Below, in pieces: positions 37,211 through 45,250 of a stretch of 64,000 bases of DNA. The stretch is taken from positions 34,690 to 98,689 of the forward strand of contig JAKSVU010000004.1 of assembly GCA_024413465.1 (NCBI GenBank). Reading direction: 5' to 3'. The position numbers and the translations under genes are program-made. Every line of letters starts with the position of its first letter. The stretch's first letter is position 1. The DNA comes from Alphaproteobacteria bacterium. GTDB lineage: Bacteria; Pseudomonadota; Alphaproteobacteria; CAAGCB01; CAG-977. A model generated the notes under the pieces. That model did not search any database. It saw nothing but the letters and a program-made list of their open reading frames with translations, and was not told the origin of the DNA.

Positions 37211-38551
37211 ATGAGGTTTGTCATGAAAATAGACATTCAAAATTTAAAAAATGATAAAATAATACTATATAACGTATTGAAGTGGATTGTTTTTTCAACC
37301 GTAGCTGGAGCAGTAACAGGATCCTTGATATGTTTGTTTTTATGTGGTTTAAAGTATAGTATTCACTGTGTACAAAATTTGCCTTCATGGCGAATTTTTT
37401 TAATTCCAGTTGGTATTTTTGCAAGTTATTATATTGTTAAAATCTTTGCTCCACAAGCAGCAGGACATGGAACAGATAAGGTGATTTCAGCTATTCATTA
37501 TAGAGCTTCTAGAATTCCTTTTGCAGTTGTGCCTGTAAAAATTATTTCAACAATTTTGACGCTTGCCTTTGGAGGTGTTGTTGGAACAGAAGGACCAAGT
37601 GTTCAAATCGGTGCTGGATTTATGTCCAAGATAGCAGTTCTGTTTAAATTGACTGAAAAAGAAAGAAAAAAATTGGTGATTTGTGGAACCTCTGCGGCAT
37701 TGGCTGCCGTATTCGGAGATCCGATTGCAGGAGCTATCTTTGGTGTTGAAGTTTTATTTGTTGGAGAGTTTTTTTATCCTATTTTATTGCCAGCAATTAT
37801 CAGTGGAGTTGTTTCATATTTTATTTGTATTCAATTTGGTATTGAATATATGACGATACATCTTAATATACCTGATTTAGGGTATTCTACATTTCTTTGG
37901 ATAATTTTTGCTTCTATTTTCTTCAGTTTAATTTGTGTCTGTCATATCAATATTGTTGAACAGATTTCGGTGCTTGTAAAAAAAATAAAATGTCCAATGC
38001 CAATTAAAATAGTTGTTTCATCTGTTATTTTGATAATTTCAGCTTTTTTTCTTGGTGAAGACATTTTGCGAACAGGTGAAGAAGGACTTGAACAAATTTT
38101 GTCTGGTGAAAAAGTGCAGTGGTTTTCATGGCTTTTAAAATCATTTTTGCTAGCAATTACTTTAAGTGGTGGTGGTTCAGGTGGCGTTTTGACACCAACT
38201 TTTTACGTTGGTGCAGCAACGGGAGCTTTTTTTGCGCATGTTTTTGGATTGGATACCGCTTTTTTCGGGGCATTGGGATTTGTCGCTTTTGTCGCTGGAT
38301 GTGTTAATACGCCGATGGCTGCTATCTTTTTAGCTATCGGAATGTTTGGCCCTATGATTGGACCGTATGCTGGTATTGTTTGTGTTTTGGTATATATGTT
38401 AGTTGGAACTAGAAGTTTATATCCAACGCAAATTTTAGTTCAGCCGAAATCAGATTCTTTTGTTTTAGAAAACCCAAATGATAAAAGAAGTTGGAAAATT
38501 AAACCGATTCCAAAGGTGAAATATAAGCATAAAATTCATTCAAAAAGGTGA
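37211..38551 (+). CDS. ClC-family voltage-gated chloride channel / anion:proton antiporter
   Basis: Motifs GHGTDKV, GTEGPSVQIGAG and GGVLTPTFYVGAA, with more than 10 TMs. Confidence 0.85.
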   Translation: MRFVMKIDIQNLKNDKIILYNVLKWIVFSTVAGAVTGSLICLFLCGLKYSIHCVQNLPSWRIFLIPVGIFASYYIVKIFAPQAAGHGTDKVISAIHYRASRIPFAVVPVKIISTILTLAFGGVVGTEGPSVQIGAGFMSKIAVLFKLTEKERKKLVICGTSAALAAVFGDPIAGAIFGVEVLFVGEFFYPILLPAIISGVVSYFICIQFGIEYMTIHLNIPDLGYSTFLWIIFASIFFSLICVCHINIVEQISVLVKKIKCPMPIKIVVSSVILIISAFFLGEDILRTGEEGLEQILSGEKVQWFSWLLKSFLLAITLSGGGSGGVLTPTFYVGAATGAFFAHVFGLDTAFFGALGFVAFVAGCVNTPMAAIFLAIGMFGPMIGPYAGIVCVLVYMLVGTRSLYPTQILVQPKSDSFVLENPNDKRSWKIKPIPKVKYKHKIHSKR

Positions 38552-38627
38552 ATTTCTTGTAATAATTGACTCAAAGCCTTTTTGTATACTAAACTATTAA
38601 GAGCTTTTCAAAAAGGAGAATTTTGAT

Positions 38628-39893
38628 ATGTCTTTTTTTAATGGAAAATTATTGGTTGCCCAAGGAGGTGGACCATCTGCTGTGATTAATCAATCATTGG
38701 TAGGTGTTGTTTTAGAGGCTAGAAAATTTCATCACATTGATTTAGTTTATGGGGCTGTTCATGGTGTGCGTGGAATAGTAAATGAGGATTTTGTTAATTT
38801 ATCAGGGGAAACTTCTCACAACTTAGAAATGGTTGCGGGAACACCTTCTTCTGCATTGGGAACAACAAGGGATAAACCGGATTTAAAGTATTGCCAACAA
38901 ATGTTAAAGGTAATGCAGGCTCATAATATTCGATATTTCTTGTATATTGGGGGAAATGATTCTTCAGACACTATCCGAATAATCAGTGAGCAGGCAAAAA
39001 AAGAAAAATATGAGTTGCGTTGTATTCATATTCCGAAAACAATAGATAATGATTTGATGTGTAATGATCACTGTCCAGGATATCCTTCTGCGGCAAGATA
39101 TGTTTCTCAAGCCTTTATTGGTTTAAATCGTGATAGTTGGGCTTTGGGTGGAACAGTTATTGCAGTTGTTATGGGAAGACATGCAGGATTTTTAACTGCA
39201 GCAGCGTCAATGGGGAAAAAATTCCCGGATGATGGGCCTCATTTAATTTATATGCCAGAAAGAGTTTTTGACGTAGATACTTTTGCAAATGATGTTCGTC
39301 GTGTTTATGAAAAATATGATCGATGTGTGATTGCTGTGAGTGAAGGTATTCATGATGCAGAGGGAACACCAATCATTACAAAATTAACACAGAATTTTTC
39401 GCGTGATGCTCATGGAAATATACAATTGTCAGGTTCTGGAGCATTAGGAGATACTTTAGCTCAAATTTTGCGTGAAAAAGTTGGTATTCAACGTGTTCGT
39501 GCAGATACGTTGGGATATATGCAGCGTTCTTTTGTTGGTTGTGTTTCTGATGTTGACCAACGTGAAGCTCGTGAAGTCGGTGAAAAAGCCGTTCAATTTG
39601 CAATGTGGGGAGACAGAGATGGTTCTGTTGCAATTAAACGGATAGGTTTCTATATGTGTGATTATGATTTAATTCCATTAGAAGATGTTGCTGCAAAAAC
39701 AAGAACAATGCCTGATGAATTTATTACGCCAGATGGAAATGATGTTACAGATGCATTTAGAATGTATTTGCGTCCTTTGTTGGGATCAAAAATGCCAGAT
39801 GCATACAGGTTAAGAGCGCATTTTGTTCCGAAAATTTTGAACGAAAATTTACCAACAAATGCAGAAAAACAACCTAAATTGCCACAATGGTAA
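38628..39893 (+). CDS. pfp: 6-phosphofructokinase family, probably PPi-dependent
   Basis: YIGGNDSSDT has Asp where ATP-dependent enzymes have the second Gly of GGDGS. PKTIDNDL and MGRHAG are also present. 421 aa. Confidence 0.8.
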   Translation: MSFFNGKLLVAQGGGPSAVINQSLVGVVLEARKFHHIDLVYGAVHGVRGIVNEDFVNLSGETSHNLEMVAGTPSSALGTTRDKPDLKYCQQMLKVMQAHNIRYFLYIGGNDSSDTIRIISEQAKKEKYELRCIHIPKTIDNDLMCNDHCPGYPSAARYVSQAFIGLNRDSWALGGTVIAVVMGRHAGFLTAAASMGKKFPDDGPHLIYMPERVFDVDTFANDVRRVYEKYDRCVIAVSEGIHDAEGTPIITKLTQNFSRDAHGNIQLSGSGALGDTLAQILREKVGIQRVRADTLGYMQRSFVGCVSDVDQREAREVGEKAVQFAMWGDRDGSVAIKRIGFYMCDYDLIPLEDVAAKTRTMPDEFITPDGNDVTDAFRMYLRPLLGSKMPDAYRLRAHFVPKILNENLPTNAEKQPKLPQW

Positions 39894-39898
39894 AATAG

Positions 39899-39928
39899 AA
39901 AATCCCCAAAAATAAAGGGGATTTTTTA
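39899..39928 (+). terminator. intrinsic terminator of pfp
   Basis: AATCCCC (39901-39907), 9-nt loop, GGGGATT (39917-39923), then TTTT. Confidence 0.75.
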
Positions 39929-39956
39929 TTGATAAAAAAAGGGAATATAATATAAT
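39929..39956 (+). promoter_or_regulatory. near-consensus sigma70 promoter
   Basis: TTGATA (39929-39934), 16-nt spacer, TATAAT (39951-39956). Predicted transcription start is near 39963. Confidence 0.55.
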
Positions 39957-40014
39957 TTTCATTATCAAATTAAGTAGTTTAGTTTGAATGTGCCTGAAAA
40001 TAGGTGCGATGGCC

Positions 40015-40171
40015 TTCACAAGCCAATTTTACTCATATCGGTATTGGATAAAAATGCCGTTAATTTGTGTTTTACACAAAATTTTATCCCTAACCTCACG
40101 GTTGGGGATGTCTGCTTTGAATGTTTGTTCAGAAGAAGTGGACGGCTATCAGTATGAGTATGGTTTGTGAA
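40015..40171 (+). ncRNA. unclassified structured RNA element (candidate cis-regulatory leader or sRNA)
   Basis: Closing helix: TTCACAA (40015-21) with TTGTGAA (40165-71), G22.U64, CCA (23-25) with TGG (61-63), 4-nt bulge, TACTCATA (40030-37) with TATGAGTA (40153-60). Further pairs: GATA/TATC, and GCCGT (40056-60) with ACGGC (40142-46). Three internal hairpins include the apical CCCTAACC-TCAC-GGTTGGGG (40088-40107). Confidence 0.45.
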
Positions 40172-40209
40172 ATCCCCGACCGCCTGTTATTGGCGGTTGA
40201 GAGGGATTT

Positions 40210-41668
40210 ATGAAGAAATATATATCAATATTATTTATGTTGCTGATGTTGATTACTACAAAGGCAATTTGGTTAGAATTTCAGACTAAAGTAAAAATTT
40301 ATACAGATATACAGACTGATACAAAGATATCTTTAATTTACAAAAAGAAATTAAATTCAAAAGCAATACGATTAGAAAGTACACAAAATGTTGCATTTCG
40401 TTTAAAGGGGCGTACGATCTCCTATTTTAAAGTTAATGTTCCAGAAAATGTAAAAGTTAATTATGTAAAAATATTTGGATTAAAAAGGCAAAAAATAGTT
40501 TTGTCTGAGAATAACGAATTTGTTGGTAAAATTTACGGTTTTCCACGCTTCTATGGTATAGTTTTGTTAGGTTTTTTCTTTTTATTTTTGATATTTTTCG
40601 TCATTAAAAGGTTTTCTTATCATATTGAAGATATGAAAATTAAACCAAGGTTATATTCTCTTGATTTATTTAGAGCATTTATAGCGATAATGGTTCTTTT
40701 ATTTCATGCACAAATTCATGGTATATGGGGTATAAAAAATGAATTTATTAGAAATAATATATCGTTAGGTGCTGTGTATATGGATGCATTTTTTATTCTA
40801 TCAGGATTTTTACTATGTTATCTATATGAAGGTAAAATGAAATTAAATTCACCTGATGATATTAAGCTATTTCTTTTTAAAAGATTTATTCATATATATC
40901 CTAATTATATTGTTTACATGGTAGTTTCGATAATATTGTTTCCAAGTATATTTAAAAAGGATGTTTTTTTTTGTTAATTTCCTTTGCTTACAATCATTTT
41001 TCCCAACATTATGGAATTATAATGGAAATGGTGGATTATGGTTTATTTCATGTATATGTTTGTGTTATTTGCTTTTTCCAATAAGTATATGGATTTCTCA
41101 AAAATTTTCATTTAAAGTTGTTCTTTGTGTTTTGTATTTTTTAATTTTTTTTTCAAATAATATAAATGGACTTTATTCACAAATTGGTTTTTACTATTCA
41201 CCGATTTATAGGTTTTTAATTTTTTTTGTTGGAGTAGAGATTGCAAAAATTCATTTAGAAAGAAGGTTTTTATTTCCTATAAAAATGTTACTATGCTTGT
41301 TAATGTTCCTATGTATATTATTTGGTTTTTTACCGAAAATGGATTTTGTTCCCAATGTTAAATTTGGATACAACTATACTTTTTACGCAATATTTAGTGT
41401 TCCGCTTTTTTCAATTCTTATACTATGTTTAGTAAATATAAATAATATTTCATTTTGTAGATTTTGTAAGACACGATTTATTGATTTTTTATCAAAAATT
41501 TCATATTCCATATATTTGTGGCAAGGGCTTCCTCTAGGATATAAAATTATTTTTAATGGTGAGTGTTCTTTAGTTAAATTGGTTTTGTATACATTATCTT
41601 TTGCAGCTTGTGCATATTTTATTATTGAAAAGCCTGGTGCAAAATTGTTGAAAAAATGGATAGGATAA
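40210..41668 (+). pseudogene. acyltransferase family 3 (OafA/O-acetyltransferase-like) gene interrupted by a frameshift at a T9 tract
   Basis: Two overlapping ORFs (40210-40977 and 40961-41668) together make one multi-TM acyltransferase-3 protein (RLYSLDLFRAFIAIMVLLFH... in ORF1, remaining TMs in ORF2). The frames switch at T9 (40964-40972), and T8 would give one ~485-aa ORF. Confidence 0.7.
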
Positions 41669-41699
41669 AAAAGAGGAGTTCAAAACTCCTCTTTTTTTT
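41667..41699. terminator. bidirectional intrinsic terminator
   Basis: A-run, AGAGGAGT (41672-79), loop TCAAA, ACTCCTCT (41685-92), T-run. It lies between convergent genes. Confidence 0.8.
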
Positions 41700-43164
41700 A
41701 TTTTTCTAGATTTTGTTCGATGTATTTATTCAATAATTGAACACCGAAACCAGAAGATCCTTTTGGACAGAATATATTGTCCTTTTTAGCCATTGTAACG
41801 CCAGCAATGTCAATATGAGCCCACTTAACGCCGTCCTTAATGAAGTTCTTTAAAAATGCTGCTGCAGTGCAAGAGCCAGCATCACGAACGTTTGTTGAAT
41901 TTCTGATGTCCGCAATTTGAGAAACGACCATATCATCAAATGCTTTGCATAATGGTAATCTCCATACTTTTTCATCAGTTATTGTGGCTGCTTGTTCAAG
42001 TGATTTAGCAAGTTCATCATCATTTGCAAATAGACCAGCATATTCAGAACCAAGAGCAATAATAATAGCACCTGTTAACGTTGCTAAATCAATAACAATA
42101 GGGGCTTTAAAACGTTCTTGTGCATACCATAAAGCATCTCCTAAAACTAATCTACCTTCAGCATCAGTATTAATTACCTCCACTGTTTTTCCTGAAAGTG
42201 AAGTTACAATATCTCCGGGATGTTGAGATTTATCAGAAGGAATATTTTCAACAAGAGCCATAATACCAACAATGTTAACTTTTGCTTTTCTCATTGCCAA
42301 CGTTTGCATTGTTCCTAAAACGGTTGCAGCTCCAGCAAGATCTTCTTTCATATCTTCCATGCCGTTTGCTGGTTTTAAACTGATACCACCAGAATCAAAA
42401 CAAACACCTTTACCAACTAAAACAGCATGAGTACTTTTGTCTTCAGGAACACCTTTCCATTGGATAACAACAAAACGAGGAGGATTAATACCACCTTTTG
42501 CAACAGCAAGCATTAAATTAAAACCTTTTGATGCCAAAGCTTTTTCATCATAAACTTCAACAGAGAGACCGTATTTTGATAATTCTGAAGCACGTTCAGC
42601 TGCTTTTATTGGTGTCATAACGTTAGAGGGTTCATTTACCATATCTCTAGCAGTATGAATCCCTTTGTTTAACGCAAAGTATTTTTCATATTCAGCTTGT
42701 GCTGTTCTAAAATCTTTAGTTAATAAATAAAATTCAGAAACCGAAAAATCATCTTTCACGTCAGTTTTATATTTATTAAATTTATAGGAAGTAATTTTTG
42801 CGCCAAATCCAATGAGTTCAGCTTTTAACGTATCACAAGCAAAAGAAACGGAAGTAGCTTTGTGAAGAGCTGTTAACTTATAAGCATGAGCTCCGATTTC
42901 TTTCATATGTTCTTCGGTTTTATCATCTTGTTTTCCTAATCCAAGACATAAAACTTTTGGATATTCATTTTCTTCAAGGGATGTAAACAAATAGGATTGC
43001 CCAAGTTTGCCTTTGAATGATGCAGATACGAGAGCTTTCATCAAGTTCCCCTTAAAATAAGCATCAATTTTTCTTGCTGTTTCAGAGAGAACATCATTTT
43101 CATATACTCCCACAATTAAAAATTCAGTTGTAGAAGTTCTTTTTTGCTTAAATAAAATTTCCAT
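41698..43164 (-). CDS. pepA: leucyl aminopeptidase (M17)
   Basis: Motifs VGKGVCFDSGGISLKP and NTDAEGRLVLGDAL. Confidence 0.9.
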   Translation of the reverse strand: MEILFKQKRTSTTEFLIVGVYENDVLSETARKIDAYFKGNLMKALVSASFKGKLGQSYLFTSLEENEYPKVLCLGLGKQDDKTEEHMKEIGAHAYKLTALHKATSVSFACDTLKAELIGFGAKITSYKFNKYKTDVKDDFSVSEFYLLTKDFRTAQAEYEKYFALNKGIHTARDMVNEPSNVMTPIKAAERASELSKYGLSVEVYDEKALASKGFNLMLAVAKGGINPPRFVVIQWKGVPEDKSTHAVLVGKGVCFDSGGISLKPANGMEDMKEDLAGAATVLGTMQTLAMRKAKVNIVGIMALVENIPSDKSQHPGDIVTSLSGKTVEVINTDAEGRLVLGDALWYAQERFKAPIVIDLATLTGAIIIALGSEYAGLFANDDELAKSLEQAATITDEKVWRLPLCKAFDDMVVSQIADIRNSTNVRDAGSCTAAAFLKNFIKDGVKWAHIDIAGVTMAKKDNIFCPKGSSGFGVQLLNKYIEQNLEK

Positions 43165-43299
43165 TTTTTTTGCCTTTTATTGTTATCAAAATTTTATATA
43201 TTCTATGTGTCAATGATTTAAAAACAATGAATGAATTATCATTTTTACTAGATTATTTTTTTGAATTTGCTAAAACATCTAGTGAAAGAAGGTTTTCTT

Positions 43300-44298
43300 A
43301 TGCAAGATTTACAAATTAACGTTCCTGAGATGCAAGGTTTGGTTTTTGCTCTTTTACTTGATGGAAAGGGAGGAGCTAAAAATTTATCTAGATTAGAGGT
43401 TGAACAGTGGACTCCTGATAAAGGTTTTTTATGGTTACATTGGGATTCTTCAGCCACAGACACAAAATCATATATGATGCAGAAAAGTGGTATTCCTGCG
43501 TTGGTTTTGGAAACTTTGTTAGAAGAGGAAGAAGATCGTCCAAGATGTATGTCTTTTGGAGATAATTTATTGTTATTTCTTCGTGCAATTAACTTAAATG
43601 CTGGTGAAGAATTAGATGATATGATTTCTTTACGTATATGGTGTGAAAAAAACAGAATAATCACGTTGCGTGAAGATCCTATGGGATTTATGTGGGAAAT
43701 CAAAGAACACTTAAATATTGGTGCTGGACCTAGAGACGTTGGGGAAATGTTAGATGAAATTTTATCTTTGACTTTGGATAAAATTGTTGAAGCGGTTTCA
43801 GATATTGAAGATAATATCGATACCGCAGAAGATAAAATTTTAGATGATATTGAAGATGATGAGATGATGTCAAAATTATCTGAATTTAGACGTAATTTGA
43901 CAGAAATGCGTCGTTATTTGGCACCACAAAGAGATGCTATGGAATTAATGTCTCGTCAAATGTTATCTTGGTTAACAGGAAAGGATAGATTCTTTTTACA
44001 TGAAAATGCAAATAGAATGCTCCGTATTATTGAAGATATCGATAGTTTGCGTGAACGTGCAAAAATTAATATTGATGAAATAGCTAACAGAGGTCGTGAA
44101 CAGATGCAACAAAATATGAATACATTATCTGTTTTGGCTGCAATATTTATTCCTCTGACGTTTATCACAGGTTTATTTGGAATGAATGTTGGTGGTATTC
44201 CTTGGCAAGATAAAGCAGGCTTCTTAATAACATCTGTTATCCTAATTTTATTAGGTGCTATTTTAGCGATTATTTTTAAAAAATTGAAATGGTATTGA
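43300..44298 (+). CDS. zntB: CorA-superfamily divalent-metal transporter, ZntB-like
   Basis: N-terminus ...GLVFALLLDGKGGAKNL is ZntB-like. GMNVGGIP motif between two C-terminal TMs. ATG at 43300 has a GAAAGAAGG SD; the track start is 43261 (TTG). Confidence 0.7.
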   Translation: MQDLQINVPEMQGLVFALLLDGKGGAKNLSRLEVEQWTPDKGFLWLHWDSSATDTKSYMMQKSGIPALVLETLLEEEEDRPRCMSFGDNLLLFLRAINLNAGEELDDMISLRIWCEKNRIITLREDPMGFMWEIKEHLNIGAGPRDVGEMLDEILSLTLDKIVEAVSDIEDNIDTAEDKILDDIEDDEMMSKLSEFRRNLTEMRRYLAPQRDAMELMSRQMLSWLTGKDRFFLHENANRMLRIIEDIDSLRERAKINIDEIANRGREQMQQNMNTLSVLAAIFIPLTFITGLFGMNVGGIPWQDKAGFLITSVILILLGAILAIIFKKLKWY

Positions 44299-44299
44299 C

Positions 44300-45250
44300 A
44301 TGATGGATACTATATTAGCTAATGTAAATCAAAAAAGATTAGAGCAAGCTGCTGATTTATTAAAACAGGGAAAGTTGGTTGCTTTCCCAACAGAAACAGT
44401 TTACGGGTTAGGGGCTGATGCAACGAATGATGAAGCTGTTGCGAGTATTTTTGAAGCAAAAGGACGTCCACAATTTAATCCATTGATTGCGCACATTTCC
44501 GATATAGAATGGATTTATGATTTTGTTGAAGTTTCTCCATGTGCTAAAAAAATAGCAGAAGCATTTTGGCCGGCACCTTTAACGTTAGTAATGAATAGAA
44601 CGTCGAATTGTAAAATTTCTTTACTGGTTAGTGCAGGTTTAGATACTGTTGCTGTTCGTTTTCCAAGACATTCAGTTGCTCAGCAAATGATTAGACTTTT
44701 GGGAAAACCTGTTGCAGCTCCAAGTGCCAATATATCTGGAACAGTTAGTCCAACAACAGCAGAACACGTTTTTCAAGGTTTGTCAGGCAGAATTTCAATG
44801 ATTTTAAATGATGGTCCTTGTGCTGTTGGTGTTGAGTCTACAGTTTTGGATGTTCGAACTGATCAACCTGTTTTATTGAGAGCTGGTGGTTTAGCTGTTG
44901 AAGAAATTGAAGCAAAAACAGGTGTAAAAATACTATTTCCAGATAAAGATCCTGAATTGCCACGTTCTCCAGGTCAATTATTAAGTCATTATGCTCCTAA
45001 ATTGCAGGTTCGTTTAAACGTCATTGAACCAGAAGAAGGAGAAGCTTTTTTAGGGTTTGGATCTGTAAAAAATGCAACGCTAAATTTAAGTGAGAAGGGG
45101 GACTTAAAAGAAGCCGCATCCCACTTGTTTGCATACATGAGATTATTGGATAAGACAGAATATAAAAGAATCGCTGTAAGTCCTATACCTATGAACGATT
45201 TAGGACTTGCGATTAATGATAGATTAAAAAGAGCTGCTTACCCACATTAA
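44300..45250 (+). CDS. tsaC: L-threonylcarbamoyladenylate synthase (Sua5/YwlC type, with Sua5 C-domain)
   Basis: Motifs FPTETVYGLGADATN, RPQFNPLIAH and APSANISGTVSPT. 316 aa. Confidence 0.85.
   Translation: MMDTILANVNQKRLEQAADLLKQGKLVAFPTETVYGLGADATNDEAVASIFEAKGRPQFNPLIAHISDIEWIYDFVEVSPCAKKIAEAFWPAPLTLVMNRTSNCKISLLVSAGLDTVAVRFPRHSVAQQMIRLLGKPVAAPSANISGTVSPTTAEHVFQGLSGRISMILNDGPCAVGVESTVLDVRTDQPVLLRAGGLAVEEIEAKTGVKILFPDKDPELPRSPGQLLSHYAPKLQVRLNVIEPEEGEAFLGFGSVKNATLNLSEKGDLKEAASHLFAYMRLLDKTEYKRIAVSPIPMNDLGLAINDRLKRAAYPH

Noticed and set aside
40177-40199. GC-rich hairpin CGACCGCC-7 nt-GGCGGTTG considered as an intrinsic terminator that would end an sRNA.
   Set aside because: It is not followed by a U-tract; the sequence continues AGAGGGATTTATG. 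It is more plausibly part of the leader or expression platform of the downstream gene.
39964-40209. Considered whether the structured intergenic RNA is tmRNA (including the two-piece permuted alphaproteobacterial form), 6S, SRP 4.5S or RNase P RNA.
   Set aside because: No T-arm/ACCA end, G3.U70 acceptor pair or plausible tag ORF on either strand. The ACCGCC/GGCGGT hairpin has no G.U pair and no CCA in register, and the coding piece would have to lie inside a genuine long ORF. There is no GGAA-tetraloop/AGCA SRP motif and no GGAAAGUCCGG-type RNase P core. The multi-hairpin junction does not fit the simple rod-plus-bubble form of 6S.
43248-43703. 151-aa - strand ORF, and 43388-43588, opposite the zntB 5' region.
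   Set aside because: It is antisense to a gene with clear family motifs and has no independent support.
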